Below are positions 34,501 through 45,648 of a stretch of DNA of 64,000 nucleotides, one piece after another. Each line of letters begins with the position of its first letter. Within the stretch, counting starts at the first letter, position 1. The stretch is from contig CM000430.1 of NCBI GenBank assembly GCA_000165345.1, forward strand, positions 672,001 through 736,000. The letters are read 5' to 3'. Made by a program: the position numbers and the translations under genes. The notes beneath the pieces are model-generated. The model was not told the origin of the DNA. It saw only the letters and a program-made list of their open reading frames with translations, and searched no databases.

Positions 34501-34602
34501 TACTTCTACAACATCGTTTTTTTTGGAGTCTAAATCATTTCCAGAAACAAAAGAATAGGTAAACCATAGATTTAATAATAAAACATAGAAGATCTTTCTC
34601 AT
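31579..34602 (-). CDS. large secreted coiled-coil-rich hypothetical protein (1007 aa)
   Basis: It has the signal peptide MRKIFYVLLLNLWFTYSFVSGND. The rest is Lys/Glu/Leu/Ile-rich heptad-like sequence throughout. I recognised no catalytic motif. Confidence 0.45.
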   Translation of the reverse strand: MRKIFYVLLLNLWFTYSFVSGNDLDSKKNDVVEVEEDGIKSKEENNIEVELEQVKNIGLNDIQKESNFELLNNEKLYLELVKQETDQLIESSLSEIGSLKMSLDLTNKTHIQDLESDFNEKYLAYKDEVGPILKKSSLNKKGWFSNIDIKVQEKFKDLFLQDDETSNKKILKNTPLNYVNGIDVNKWYSLLDSINIFAISMLSSGFSNKKQKQKFHKKELQELVEKINKILSLISTITSSSSCRQIAWGLVIGEGQNISILNGISRKLIKRSQNSISLLKSKNESIIKEHNAIVSKKIELDLNLKGLLDIIIKARSDELNSIITVEDISQDIQALKSHFLSLQRERSHWIVSNRKMVKYFVDWLQISVNLIFKVILALSKSFLAYNLRNLSDLVYTLKEYQGDLEEVDQGIKKSLNGFRFTLDALRTGILVVRHEKNSEIFKQLLNKFEIHFQVLKKGYLEIWNGIYKKIKENDPKVQLESFFESSKDLFKNLWEKGLKSPFKFDSNSEFHHTKIVGLFKIVNEFLKSESISKISELQNGILRLRHYNEMLFPDLKLQIELLDREKEKFSMTGVLDLEKLEYILNHTYMNQQIERCNTNFVDIINNPTLRLGISSKFMTKYSMWEEESPLISTQEELKLLSLDFILEKKSKNLIKNFFETGFVISDTNKSDSLKNETIMKLSNLKEKLIELNFNLQKELDSLKEDDSEVDSFAKPLINKIQSLEKHIQVLEFTISNVEKSDQENLDILLGISHSFLNKQGILNETFSNKEKHANIKKLRDETNRLKNELSKFKVILDRDLKLVKRISKYSNDISILDDNLKIMDKFLYQLQARIDLFCGRIDKDGTSKTSRALSILKYAVRRKKPDNKCESITVEFSQAKENISAFLKNASETVSEFHESFRMCTEAEEISLKFNNLVTEFQLAKKEIEMLQTSYLNKSMEEGIKLVEKSIQKLSQESKGITKELRCYAEITSTPEIITIYIKNIRKEIFKLQNTIERELNSHIQTN

Positions 34603-35313
34603 ATTAGTTTAACATTATGTTTTCCTAAGTTCCAGTACAATCTCAAATTTAAGAATAACTTCTAAAACTACTAAAATTAGTTTCTCGAGGTTTTTAATTT
34701 TGTTTTTCACGGAATTCCTTTTTTCCCCCTTTTCCTTTAATTCTTTTTTTTTACATTAATATAAACCAAATTTGCATGCTAGTTAGAATTTCAATAATCT
34801 TTATGCGCCCTATGCTGGAAAGAAGAAGCTTACCAAAATTTTCTACAGAAAACTTTTATACAAATATTTTAGGCCCAGTTATATTTAATATCTCTGTAGT
34901 TTTACTTAAAATTGCGTTAACAAATCTCTTGTGTTCTCTTATTCTTTTTAGTTTTTTTTCTATTCAAGATAATCCTTAGTCATCTAATAACATGATCTAA
35001 TTTGCCCGCGCGCGCCACACCAAAAAAAAGCGAAGTTATTTAATGAGTGGGAAAAAAAGAATGAAGAGAAATAGATTGTTATTATCTCGAAAATGACATA
35101 TTTTAGTAAAAATGTTATAAAATGTGCAAAAAATTTTATAGGATTAGGAGATGTACGCTTTTAAAGTTCATTTATGATTATTTTAATACGTAAAAAGTAC
35201 AAGCACTCGATTATAAAACAATAAGTAGAGGTATAGAAAAAATAGATAAATAATAATGAATATGTAGATATAATCAATGTTTAGAGTCTATGTATATATA
35301 CAATAAAGAACTT

Positions 35314-36311
35314 TTAGATGATTCTCTCAAGTTCAATTGCATAGCCTAATGCGTTTGAAATAAGATCTAAATTATTTGAGGAGCTGGAAGTTTTCTTTTC
35401 AAAGTAGACAGCATTATCAATGAGCTTCCATTGAACATTTGAGGAATTTACTTGTTCTTTGTTGAAATTGGGAGACATTTCATTGATAAAAGAGATTAAC
35501 TCTTCATTGGTGGAGAATCTCATCATGCTCTTAAGCTTATCAATGCTTATCTTATCATAACTACATTCAATACATTTTGCCACTTTTTCTCTACAAGTGT
35601 CAATCAGCTCTTTAAAGAAGATTTGATAGTCTGGAGTTGGTAGTGTACTTTGCATTTGCATGATTTTACTATAATTACCATCAAGAAGATACAATTCAAG
35701 TTTTTTTGAAAAAGAAACAAACTTGTTTTCTTGGTCATTTGGAGGAATAATTTCCAGAGCAATATGGAAATCGCTGATTTTATCACAACTGAGAAGATAT
35801 AGTAAGTACAAACCTTTGATCATATCTTGGTTTTCGGATTTTGCAAGTATCTGTAAGAAAAGTTGATTAGGAATAAAATGGTAATAATTAAGGAGATTTT
35901 GAAAACTTACCGATTCATAATCAATATAGTATCTCTGTAAATTCAAAAAATCTCTTTCAAATCCAAATGAGTCTTTTTTCCTAACAGAAACCAATGCTGA
36001 AATTTCTAAAACGTCCCTTGCAATCACTAATTCTGTCAAATCTATTTCTTTAGAAGATAATGATAAGCTAGGAAGTTCAATTAACAAAATTTTCATCTCC
36101 TTTATCAAATTTGATAACTTATTTAGGTTATCTGATTGTTCTTTTCCTATCTCCACTTTTGCCTAATAGTAAAGCCGAAATAAGTATGTGATAAGTTTAT
36201 GGTTTCAAATATCTTTTGCCATGCCATTACATAGACAAAAGAAACATATTTGAACCATTAATAAGAACTTACCTGTTGTAATAAATTCAATATTTTACTC
36301 GTATCCACCAT
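35314..36311 (-). CDS. 26S proteasome regulatory subunit Rpn12 (PSMD8), predicted 2 exons
   Basis: LVIARDVLEISALVSVRKKDSFGFERDFLNLQRYYIDY, LELYLLDGNYSKIM, CREKVAKCIECSYDKI and C-terminal ALGYAIELERII align with the PSMD8/Rpn12 PCI domain. The main exon is 36162..35314. The ORF-track start is a GTG. I propose a 39-nt first exon, 36311..36273 (MVDTSKILNLLQQ), with a GTAAGT donor at 36272 and a TATTAG acceptor at 36164-36163. Confidence 0.7.
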
Positions 36312-36852
36312 TGTTTTGACGATCTCAATAATACACTCACTAATTATTAACCCTCGAAAGTCTTAGAAATAACCAAAATAAAGCAAGTAAATTCAAATTC
36401 TGTTAAACTGCAAGTCCTCTGTGAAATCCCACAAGATATTTACCTAAAACTTCTTCTCAAACTTTCTTGCTTTTTATTAATTAAATTCTCCTCCAAACAA
36501 AATTTCAATATTTGTTTACTTTTCCAGCATCATGGCTTTTTCTAAACCCCTCTAAAGTTACCGCCAAATCGAGGCGCGCCACTTTGTGAGAATCAATTAA
36601 TTATGGTTTTGAAAAGGTTTAAAAAACAAAAAACAAGAAACAGAAATTCTCGACAGAAATTAAGGATTTAGTATAAATTGACGTGATATATTGAGTATTG
36701 GATGTCTGGGATTTATACGGGGAACACAAATAAGTTGTTTTGCCGTTTTTCCTAGCATTTAATTAAGGTAGGACAAAATTTGCTCTAATTACAGTATTAA
36801 AGTTTCCTATTGCATACTGAAAATCGATAATTATTTATAAATCTAAGTAGAA

Positions 36853-38412
36853 ATGTCGAGAGATCAGATGACATATAGAGAATACTATGATATGCCACGT
36901 TCAGTTCCATACGGAATACCTGAAGGATATAGAAATGACTACTATCACATGAGGATGCGTAGGGACTTTGAAGGTGGGTATCCACCCGATTATGGGCATA
37001 ATATGGATGGCAGACACTATCCAGAAGATTATTACTCATATCCTGCTCAAAGATTTGAACATCACGGTGGGACTATGGAAGGTGTAAGAGAATCAAAGTT
37101 CTCAAATGGAAGTGATAAATGGGACAGATCAAATGGAGAAAGAAGAAATATAGGAAATGATTTAATTCAAAACTTACATGCAGAAACATACAGAAGAGAT
37201 CCCGGTATTATTTCAAGGGAAAATGATATAAGAAAGCAGATTAGACTTGAAGAGGGACCAGGAGGTCCGCCTCAACAGAGTGTTCCAAGCTCTCAAGTGG
37301 GTAAATTAAGTATGCAAGAGGTTGAATCAGGGGTTAGAATAAGTAAAGGGCCTAAAGATGGGAGTGGTGGATTATCTGTTTTCCATACAACTGGGAAGGA
37401 CTCGATTTGGACAAAAATTGATATCTTAAACAAGAAAAAGCTCTGTTATGATTGCCAGAAAGAAAAGTGGAGGGACAAAATTACTCCATTATGTAAGGAG
37501 TGCTATAAATCACTCTCAAATTCCTCAGGCGGTAACAGCTCTAAGAAAGAATGTACCTACTGTAGAATTGAGTTCCTTCAGCATAGGATTTTGAAGAAAG
37601 CTTTCAAAGTGTTTAACAAAGAGATTTGTATGGATTGTTGTAAGAATCTTTGTAAATATAACACAATTCCAGTGCGCTGCCACTTTTGTGACTGTTGGTC
37701 AGCTTGGAACTCCCATCTATTATGTGATAGATGCTCCTCTTCAAGAGAACAATTTGGTGAGCCTCTTCCATGCGATATGTGTAGGAAAAGTTGTGCTTTT
37801 GATAGGGGAGAGGAGGCCAGGAAAAAGCTTGATGGAAGACTGTTTTGTTTCCTATGCACATTTAAATATAAGAAGCTAAAGCATGAAGAGGTGAAAAAAA
37901 CCAATTCTGAATACAAGAGAGCCGAAAAGACTCTTACTAAGGTTGATTTACCAGAAATGGAACCAAAAAATGAACAAAATGATGACAAGAATTGCTTTCC
38001 GAATTTGTCATCAACATCAGATTCAAACAGCAAAGAGAATGTAGACTGGAAGATTATTGCTCAGGAAAGAACAATCTTGTATGAAAAGGCAAAACAGCAT
38101 CTTGCTGAGCTTCAAGCAAAAGAACTTAGCAACAAAATTGAAACTGGGTCATTAATTACTCAGCTTAAAGAATCGAACTCAAATCTCGAGAAGAAAAACA
38201 AGCTTCTAGAAGATAAGATTCTTCGACTTAATGCTGAACTTAATGATTGGCAACTTAAACTTAATAATATTTGCGATGAAAAGAATAAGCAACTTAAGCT
38301 AATTAAGGATGAAAAAAGACAAGCAATTCAGGAAATGGAGGGGTTACTTGAGAAGCTAAAGTCTGAAAATAGAGAGTTAATGGAGCAGCTCAGCTCATCC
38401 TCTAATTTGTAG
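36853..38412 (+). CDS. hypothetical Tyr-rich N-terminus / multi-CxxC zinc-finger / C-terminal coiled-coil protein
   Basis: It is a 519-aa ORF. It has many CxxC pairs (CYDCQKEKW...CKECYK...CTYCR...CMDCC...CHFCDC...CDRC...CDMCRKSC) and a coiled coil at the end. Confidence 0.4.
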   Translation: MSRDQMTYREYYDMPRSVPYGIPEGYRNDYYHMRMRRDFEGGYPPDYGHNMDGRHYPEDYYSYPAQRFEHHGGTMEGVRESKFSNGSDKWDRSNGERRNIGNDLIQNLHAETYRRDPGIISRENDIRKQIRLEEGPGGPPQQSVPSSQVGKLSMQEVESGVRISKGPKDGSGGLSVFHTTGKDSIWTKIDILNKKKLCYDCQKEKWRDKITPLCKECYKSLSNSSGGNSSKKECTYCRIEFLQHRILKKAFKVFNKEICMDCCKNLCKYNTIPVRCHFCDCWSAWNSHLLCDRCSSSREQFGEPLPCDMCRKSCAFDRGEEARKKLDGRLFCFLCTFKYKKLKHEEVKKTNSEYKRAEKTLTKVDLPEMEPKNEQNDDKNCFPNLSSTSDSNSKENVDWKIIAQERTILYEKAKQHLAELQAKELSNKIETGSLITQLKESNSNLEKKNKLLEDKILRLNAELNDWQLKLNNICDEKNKQLKLIKDEKRQAIQEMEGLLEKLKSENRELMEQLSSSSNL

Positions 38413-38703
38413 CTATTCGTTGCTTATAACCATTTTATTACCTTTTCTACAACTAATTTAGTCTAAAACTCAATTAATTCTGGTTTCTTCCTTTATCTTT
38501 TCTTCTGTTTGTTTTAATCAAATATTTTAATTATTCGGTACCTTTTTTTAACTTTAACATGTTATCCCATGTTTGCCGCCATTACCACACAAAATTACGA
38601 GGATAGAAAAAAATTCTAAGTAGTTATTTCTGGATAAAAATTGAAATATAAAAAAGGAGGATGAGAATATGAGAAGCCTAAATACATAATTTCTAAGAAA
38701 AAT

Positions 38704-39198
38704 ATGTACTTAGAAAAGGAGAGCCTTCATCTATTGAATGGTTCTTTCTTCAGAGTTAATTTTAAAGCAATTTCTCAAGGGGAATTGAAAAATATACTAA
38801 AAGCATGCGGATTAAAATCATCAACAAATACTTCAAGTAATCAACAAATAGCTTTATTGGAAGGAATAAGGCGGTATCTTTTAACTGAAGATCTTTCAGA
38901 GCTTACAGATCTATCGAATCCTAATATTAAAAGTATTGAATCTAAAAGATACACTTTTGATTATAAGAATATTATTAATGAAGATACTATTTCCTTGGAA
39001 CTCATTCTAAAGTCTCTAAGGAGATCTCCCCTTACTCTTGAAAAGATTATGATGAGCAATTCTGTAAGTGTTTCTGAAATCGCAGAATGCTGTTCTAGTT
39101 ACCTAAATACTCCAAAAAGTGTTTTTTTAAACAAAATAATTTTAGACAAGATCCAGTTAGTTCTTGATTCTTTAAAAATAAAAAATATAGTTAGCTAA
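38704..39198 (+). CDS. hypothetical protein (164 aa)
   Basis: This is an ORF only. A SAP-like motif (ELKNILKACGLKSS) is weak. Confidence 0.3.
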   Translation: MYLEKESLHLLNGSFFRVNFKAISQGELKNILKACGLKSSTNTSSNQQIALLEGIRRYLLTEDLSELTDLSNPNIKSIESKRYTFDYKNIINEDTISLELILKSLRRSPLTLEKIMMSNSVSVSEIAECCSSYLNTPKSVFLNKIILDKIQLVLDSLKIKNIVS

Positions 39199-39385
39199 TC
39201 ATTTGGTCTTCTTTTCAACAAACTATTTATTTTTAAATTCATTGCTTTCAAAACTTTCTTTTATTTATTCTTTAACTTTACAACTGGAAATGCAAGATTT
39301 CCCGCCAAAACATTTTTTTTGGTACTTGGCCACGGCATATAATAATTATATATACGAATATTTCCAGAGAAAAAATTAAGATAAG

Positions 39386-39751
39386 ATGGAAAATTCAGAT
39401 TCTGTTATGAAAGGGAATATTTCTGAGAATCAGGAAATGGAGACTGAGACTCAGTTAGACAAAGAGAGTTTAAATGTGATTTTGGAAGAGGGGGAGAATT
39501 TCTACCCTTTGCTAGAAAGTTCTATTGAAGATGAAATGGTGAATAACAAAGTAGATCTTTCTTCGTAAGTGAATTAAATGAATCTATTGAATTTTCATTC
39601 TGGGATTGCCCTTATTTTTTGTTTGCATGATATTTTTAGGTATATGGATAAATTCAAACAACTTCATGAATCCAAGGTCAGATCGATGAATTTAGAACAA
39701 ATAGAATACTACTGCAAAGAATTTGTGGAAGCATTAGAAGGAGGAAAGTAA
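39386..39751 (+). CDS. small hypothetical protein (96 aa), 2 exons
   Basis: Exon 1 is 39386..39564. There is a GTAAGT donor at 39565 and a TTTTTAG acceptor ending at 39639. Exon 2 is 39640..39751 and continues in frame (..SSYMDKFKQLHESKVRSMNLEQIEYYCKEFVEALEGGK*). The ORF track stops at the in-intron TAA. Confidence 0.4.
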
Positions 39752-39919
39752 TATAAAGCTAAAACTTCTCTTAAAGGCTGTTTTGATTAGTAATTTAACA
39801 AACATGATTGACATTATTTCAACATTCAAGCCGAAGCAAAATACTATCTGCAATATTTGAATTCGCAAAAACAAAAAGATAGATGATATAAGTAGGAAAT
39901 TAAGCTATGTGATAATCTA

Positions 39920-42515
39920 TTATAAGTTAAAGTTTGATATTAATGTCTCAAGCTGCTTAGTTATATTGCTCAGCTTATTTATATTTCGATGGCATTGCTG
40001 CCTTTTTTCCACTATCCCTTTTTCTTCTTGAAGAAGGTCGTCAAAAATCTCCTCTCTATAGAGTTTTGCTACCAACTCTCTCTGAATTGCTTCTTTAGCA
40101 GCATTCACCATAAAATACATGATTGCCTTGGGAACTGAGTCTGCTACGTTCTTACGCACAATGTTAAAGTATGACACAATGAAAAATTTTATCACATCTG
40201 ACTCAATCTTTTCCCGTTCTGAAGGATCCCCAGATGTTGCTATTGTTTCTGGAACCAATGGCAATCCCATCTTTCCCCCAAACCTTCCTGAATAATTCTT
40301 CTCATTCTCTGCCAAATTGGCGCCAAATACCCCTGCATGCACAGTTTTGGCGGGATTGTGGCCTTGTATTTTCTTAACTGGGCTAAAAATGTCAATGGAA
40401 GAAGTTGTTGAACGGTTGGTTGGGAAAACTGGTGAGTTTTCGTTGATGCTTTTTATTGGTTTGGAAACAGAGCTTATTTGGTGAGTTTCGATAACTTTGT
40501 AATTTTGGTAGGTTGAAATATTTTCTGTCTCGTTATATTCTGTGGAAACATATTGTGATTTACGAGACTCATGTTGATCATTAAAGAAATCATTCAAAAT
40601 AATTCTACTTTTTCCTGAAGGAGTCATCGGGACTGAATCAGAATCAAGAATAATAGAGTCTTGTACTTGTTTGTTGGACCTATCATTTGAGTTATTTCTA
40701 GTCAAACCTTCAGTTAAAAAGGCTTTTTCCTTTTCAAAAATAGAAGTTAGGGCTGACGCACCTCCAATAAAGTCTGGATGGTTTGTATTTATATAGGCCA
40801 ATTCCATATTTATAAGGTCAATCACAGCTCTGTTAGTTGGTCCAAGGCATTCTTCTAGGACATGATTGACTACTGAAATCATATTATTCTTCAAATTAGA
40901 GTATCGATTAAGCTCCGGTAAAGAACATTGCTCAACTAATCTTTTAAGTTCATCATAGACTTGTTCTACGCAAGTAAGAGAAGGCCTAAGTAACTTTTTT
41001 ATTTGGATCCTTGCAAGAACTTCAAATGCGCCTTCAGATACAAATAAAGACGATTTTGTTCCTGTTGAATTTTTTATTGCTGTTCTAATTTCAGTATCTG
41101 ATAGACCATCCAAAGGATCAAAGTTGAAAAGAGTGTTTCCAAACCAGTTATGAAATACATAATTCAGTCTTGCACCTCCTGAAAGCTTCATTAGGCCAGT
41201 TTGATAGGATGCTTGTCCATCAATCATATTTTGGAACTTTCTTGAAAACTTTGAAAAGCAGTTTAGTATCATAGCTCCTTTGTTTTTTATCATATAGGAT
41301 CCATCAAGGCCTATACTTTCTCCTCCAATGAATAAAGCTTTGTTAGTTAAGGCACTAATTCCATCTAAATAAGAAAGCAATATATTATATTGTAATTGAA
41401 GTATTTCATTATATTTACTTACCTATTTCATCCATTATATCAGATTGAGAAAAATCACCATAATTAATTAGCTCCATTTGTTTAAGATCTATAAGCTTTT
41501 TTGAATGGTTCTTAATCTGTGGAAGCAACTTAAGAATGTGATCCAGAAACTCCTTTTGGAGAATATTTACTAAGTTGTAAGTTCCACAGCGAGACTGATA
41601 AGACTTCAGTTTTGAGTTGTTTTCGAAAAAAGACTTTTCATCATTCAAAGAAGCTCTCAAAGATCTTGGACCTCCTGCTTTTTGTCTGGAATCTCTGCAC
41701 ATAACTGCTACATACCCCCTATTTAAAGGATATGATTGATTACTTAGTACTTGTAGTGTTGTTGAGTAATTTTCTACTGTGTCCAGTTTACTTAAAACAC
41801 CTATTGTTCTGATACCTTCAGGATCCACCTCTCTTGCAATATTTAAGCTATCAGAATTTGCAATATCAGTGTTTGCAGCTGTAATTGCCAAAATTAAACA
41901 GCTTGGACGTCTTATATATGACAAAACAATCTTCCTAATTTGAGTTTCTATATCAAAAGGTTGGTCCTCAATTGGTACTTTTGTCAATCCTGGTAGGTCC
42001 ACCAAAGTCAAATTAATTGCCTTCTTTGAGAAGATTCTCAGTAATATCGGAACTTCTGAAACATTCTTATTTTCTCCTATCAATCTATTGGTCTCAATCA
42101 GAATTTCTTCTTTGACTTTTTCGAAATCTGTAAATTTCAGCCCCTTTTTATGGCCAAACTCTGCGTAGTCATCTCTATTTTCTTGCTTAATTTGCTGAAG
42201 TTGCAAAATAAGTGGCCTCCTAGTGACTATTCCTTGTCCTCTTGGCAGAAAATGACGGCCTAATAGGTCATAAGTGCATTAATAAACAACGAAAATAGTA
42301 ATCATAAGAATTATTATAAATTTAATATAATTTGTCAGAAACTTACCTATAATGTATTCCAAAAGTGAAGTTTTCCCTACTGATTGAGAGCCTACTACTG
42401 CTATTTCAGGTAGGTCTAAGTTTAATTCATTTGAAACATTGCAGCCTCCTGAGCCCTCTTTTAAAATAGTCAGAATATCATGAAGTTCGTTTATAATAGG
42501 TATCAGAGAATCCAT
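39920..42515 (-). CDS. dynamin-related GTPase, predicted 3 exons (816 aa)
   Basis: Exon 1 is 42515..42347 (MDSLIPIINELHD...GSQSVGKTSLLEYIIG, which carries the P-loop). Intron 1 is 42346..42260 (GTAAGT..TATTAG). Exon 2 is 42259..41423 (RHFLPRGQGIVTRRPLILQLQ..., LVDLPGLTKV, the dynamin G2-G4 motifs). Intron 2 is 41422..41365. Exon 3 is 41364..39920 (GGARLNYVFHNWF middle domain, GED). The ORF-track start at 42527 is a TTG. Confidence 0.8.
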
Positions 42516-42999
42516 GCTTCTAACCAAATCTGAGCGTTTTTTTACTTGGTTATTTTTCTAACCTGTTTTCTCTCAATTCCTTCCGCCCTATTTTGGTCTG
42601 ACAAAATGTAAATTTCTACACTGATTGACATATTCCCGCCATTTTAAATAAACCCCACATTGAAATAGTCATTCTTGGAGAATAATTTTCCATTAATAAT
42701 TGAATAAATAAAACATTAAAAATATCTTAATAGTTTTATAATTTCAAAAGAACTTCAATCCACTAAATTGATTTCATTTTTGAATGATCTCTTTTTTCTT
42801 TAAAATCTGTGTACTTGAATTTTACTTAAGACTTAAAATAGGTTAATATAGAGTAGAATCAGTTCATACAAAATATATTTAAAAGATTTAGGAGACAGAA
42901 TTTTCACAATTAGAACAGGAATCGAAGATATCAAATAATATAAATTAAATGAAAGACGTAAAACAGATTACAAAAATTCTAAATAGGTAATAGAAACAG

Positions 43000-43551
<552 letters not shown>

Positions 43552-43950
43552 TTAACTGTTATATTTCTTTTTTATAATATAGTCACAAATATAAAATATA
43601 TTCCCTCTTTCTGACCTAAAATTTGTGTGAATACCTAATTTTGCTAACCCAAGTTCTTTTTTAATTCAAGACCCCTTGCCCTTCTCCTTGGTATTACGAA
43701 TAGTCCTTGCAAGAATTATTTGGACAGTACCTAAAGCAAACCTTAAATTCAATAAGGTTAAATAATATCAGTTGTCCAGTTCCCTCCCCCCCCTCTTATT
43801 TAAAATAGACCCCAAATTAATTATTTATTTGAACACTTAATAACCTGTCTAAATTTTAAAATTATATGTTTATACATAAATATATTGCAAACACTAGGTA
43901 AATATTACTTTTGGGCTTTATTATTATACCCAAAATCGAGCACTTTTTGA

Positions 43951-43968
43951 GCGGGAATCATTCCCGCC
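43951..43968. promoter_or_regulatory. inverted E2F half-site pair GCGGGAATCATTCCCGCC upstream of ARF1
   Basis: Read directly. It lies about 400 bp upstream of the ARF1 ATG. Confidence 0.35.
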
Positions 43969-43972
43969 TTGA

Positions 43973-45225
43973 TTAATAAGGATTGTTTTGAATTAGAACA
44001 CATTCTGGAGCATAATAATCAATTCGGCAGTTTTTGGAGCATGTGAATATTGCAATGACTCCAAATTCAACTTTGCTTGGGAGATTTCCTAGAACAATAG
44101 CCTCAGGCTGGATTTGGAATTCAAAAACCCGGTTTGAATTGCAGAGAGGGCATTTTTGAGGAGTCTCTGAGGGGATATTTTTATCAGAAATCCATAAGGG
44201 TGATCCGTTGTGGCTATATCTAATAATATGGCCAGGATACTTTCTTGAATTGTTTATGAACTTGTCGAAAAGGACATCTTTTTCTGTGTTCGAGTTTGAT
44301 ATTTTTCCGAATGCCTTCATCTCAGAATCATCCAAAACATTATCTAAAGAGAAAATAAAGTATTATTAGAGTGTTAACTAGATAGGTTGTAGAACTTACC
44401 AATATTTTCAGAAAACTTTTCCTTATAGTCTTGAAAAAGCTTGTATTCTGATGACTTGGGATCTATATTTTGTTTATTAACACTTTCAAAATGTTTCTTC
44501 TCACAATTAATCCTTTGTTCTCTTTCTAATATATTGTAAGGTTCATTATTAATGTTGTCAAGTTGATCAGGTAATTCTTCAAGACCCAAATCATTTTCAC
44601 CGGTTATGGGTGTCATTTCTTCGTCGGGATCATTTTCAAAGTTATCGTCTTGAGTTTCTTCTTGATCGTCATCTTCATCTTCCTCGTCAGTTGAGCATAT
44701 TTCGATATCTAAGCTAAACTCATCTAAAATTACTTTACCAGCTCCAGAATCGATTGCATTACACTTATCATGAGTATTAGATTGTTGACATTTAGACTCA
44801 GTAGATAAAGGTAACCCGCAAGTATTGCAAATATTATTGAATTTCAATTCTTTAAGCTCTAAAATAGTCTCCTCTGGGTTAACATCTTCAAATAGAAAAG
44901 AGGTTGGGGCTGGATTATAGTCATAATAGTCATTCATTCGAGGAAGCTGGCAACGGAATGCCTGAACACTACAAGTACAATTTGTACAAATAAATAAAAA
45001 AATACTTCTATGAAATAAATCTTCTCTGTCATCCTGAGGCGCATAAACCTGCAACAAAAATCTCATTCTTGTTCCGCAACTATTGCATTGTAAATCTCTA
45101 TACTGAGGAAGGTTTTGAGGGTTAAGCCAAGCAGGCTTTCCCCCGAATTTTGAAGGAAAATACCTGGAATCTAAAACTAAGGGCGTCCTTGGTTTTTCCA
45201 AGTATCCTAGTAAAACGTCATTCAT
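43973..45225 (-). CDS. PDCD2 (programmed cell death protein 2)-like, predicted 2 exons (398 aa)
   Basis: The N-terminal domain is FPSKFGGKPAWLNPQ...CNSCGTRMRFLLQVYAP...LFHRSIFLFIC. The PDCD2_C domain is SHNGSPLWISDKNIP...CPLCNSNRVFEFQIQP. Exon 1 is 45225..44400 and the GTAAGT intron is 44399..44344. Exon 2 is 44343..43973. The ORF-track start at 45234 is a GTG. Confidence 0.8.
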
Positions 45226-45648
45226 CACAAACACAGTGCATATAAATACTAGAATATAAGCCTTCCAACCTCTGAAACAAATAAAGTTCTTTAAAGAATC
45301 TCCAAGCTTTTTTTCTAGTCAAAATTGAATTTATTTATTTTAGGCGCCAAAGTCATGCCATTAACACGCAATTCTACAAAATTTGACAGTAATAACGGTA
45401 TAGGTAAAAAAACTCAGGCGGGCATGTGATTAATTACAGTTTTTCAATTAAAAGCAGACGAATAAAAATTCAAATTTAACATTTTGTACTAAGGCGCAAA
45501 CTCAGGTAAATTAAGTTAGGTTGGAAGTCTTTTTTTTTAACTATATTTCCAGTTGGTATTGTAGTCCAACGGTTATATAGTGAAAGTTAAGGTTGATTAA
45601 AGTTGAAACAGGTGAAAAATTTAAAAGAATATTGATAGAATTGTGAAG

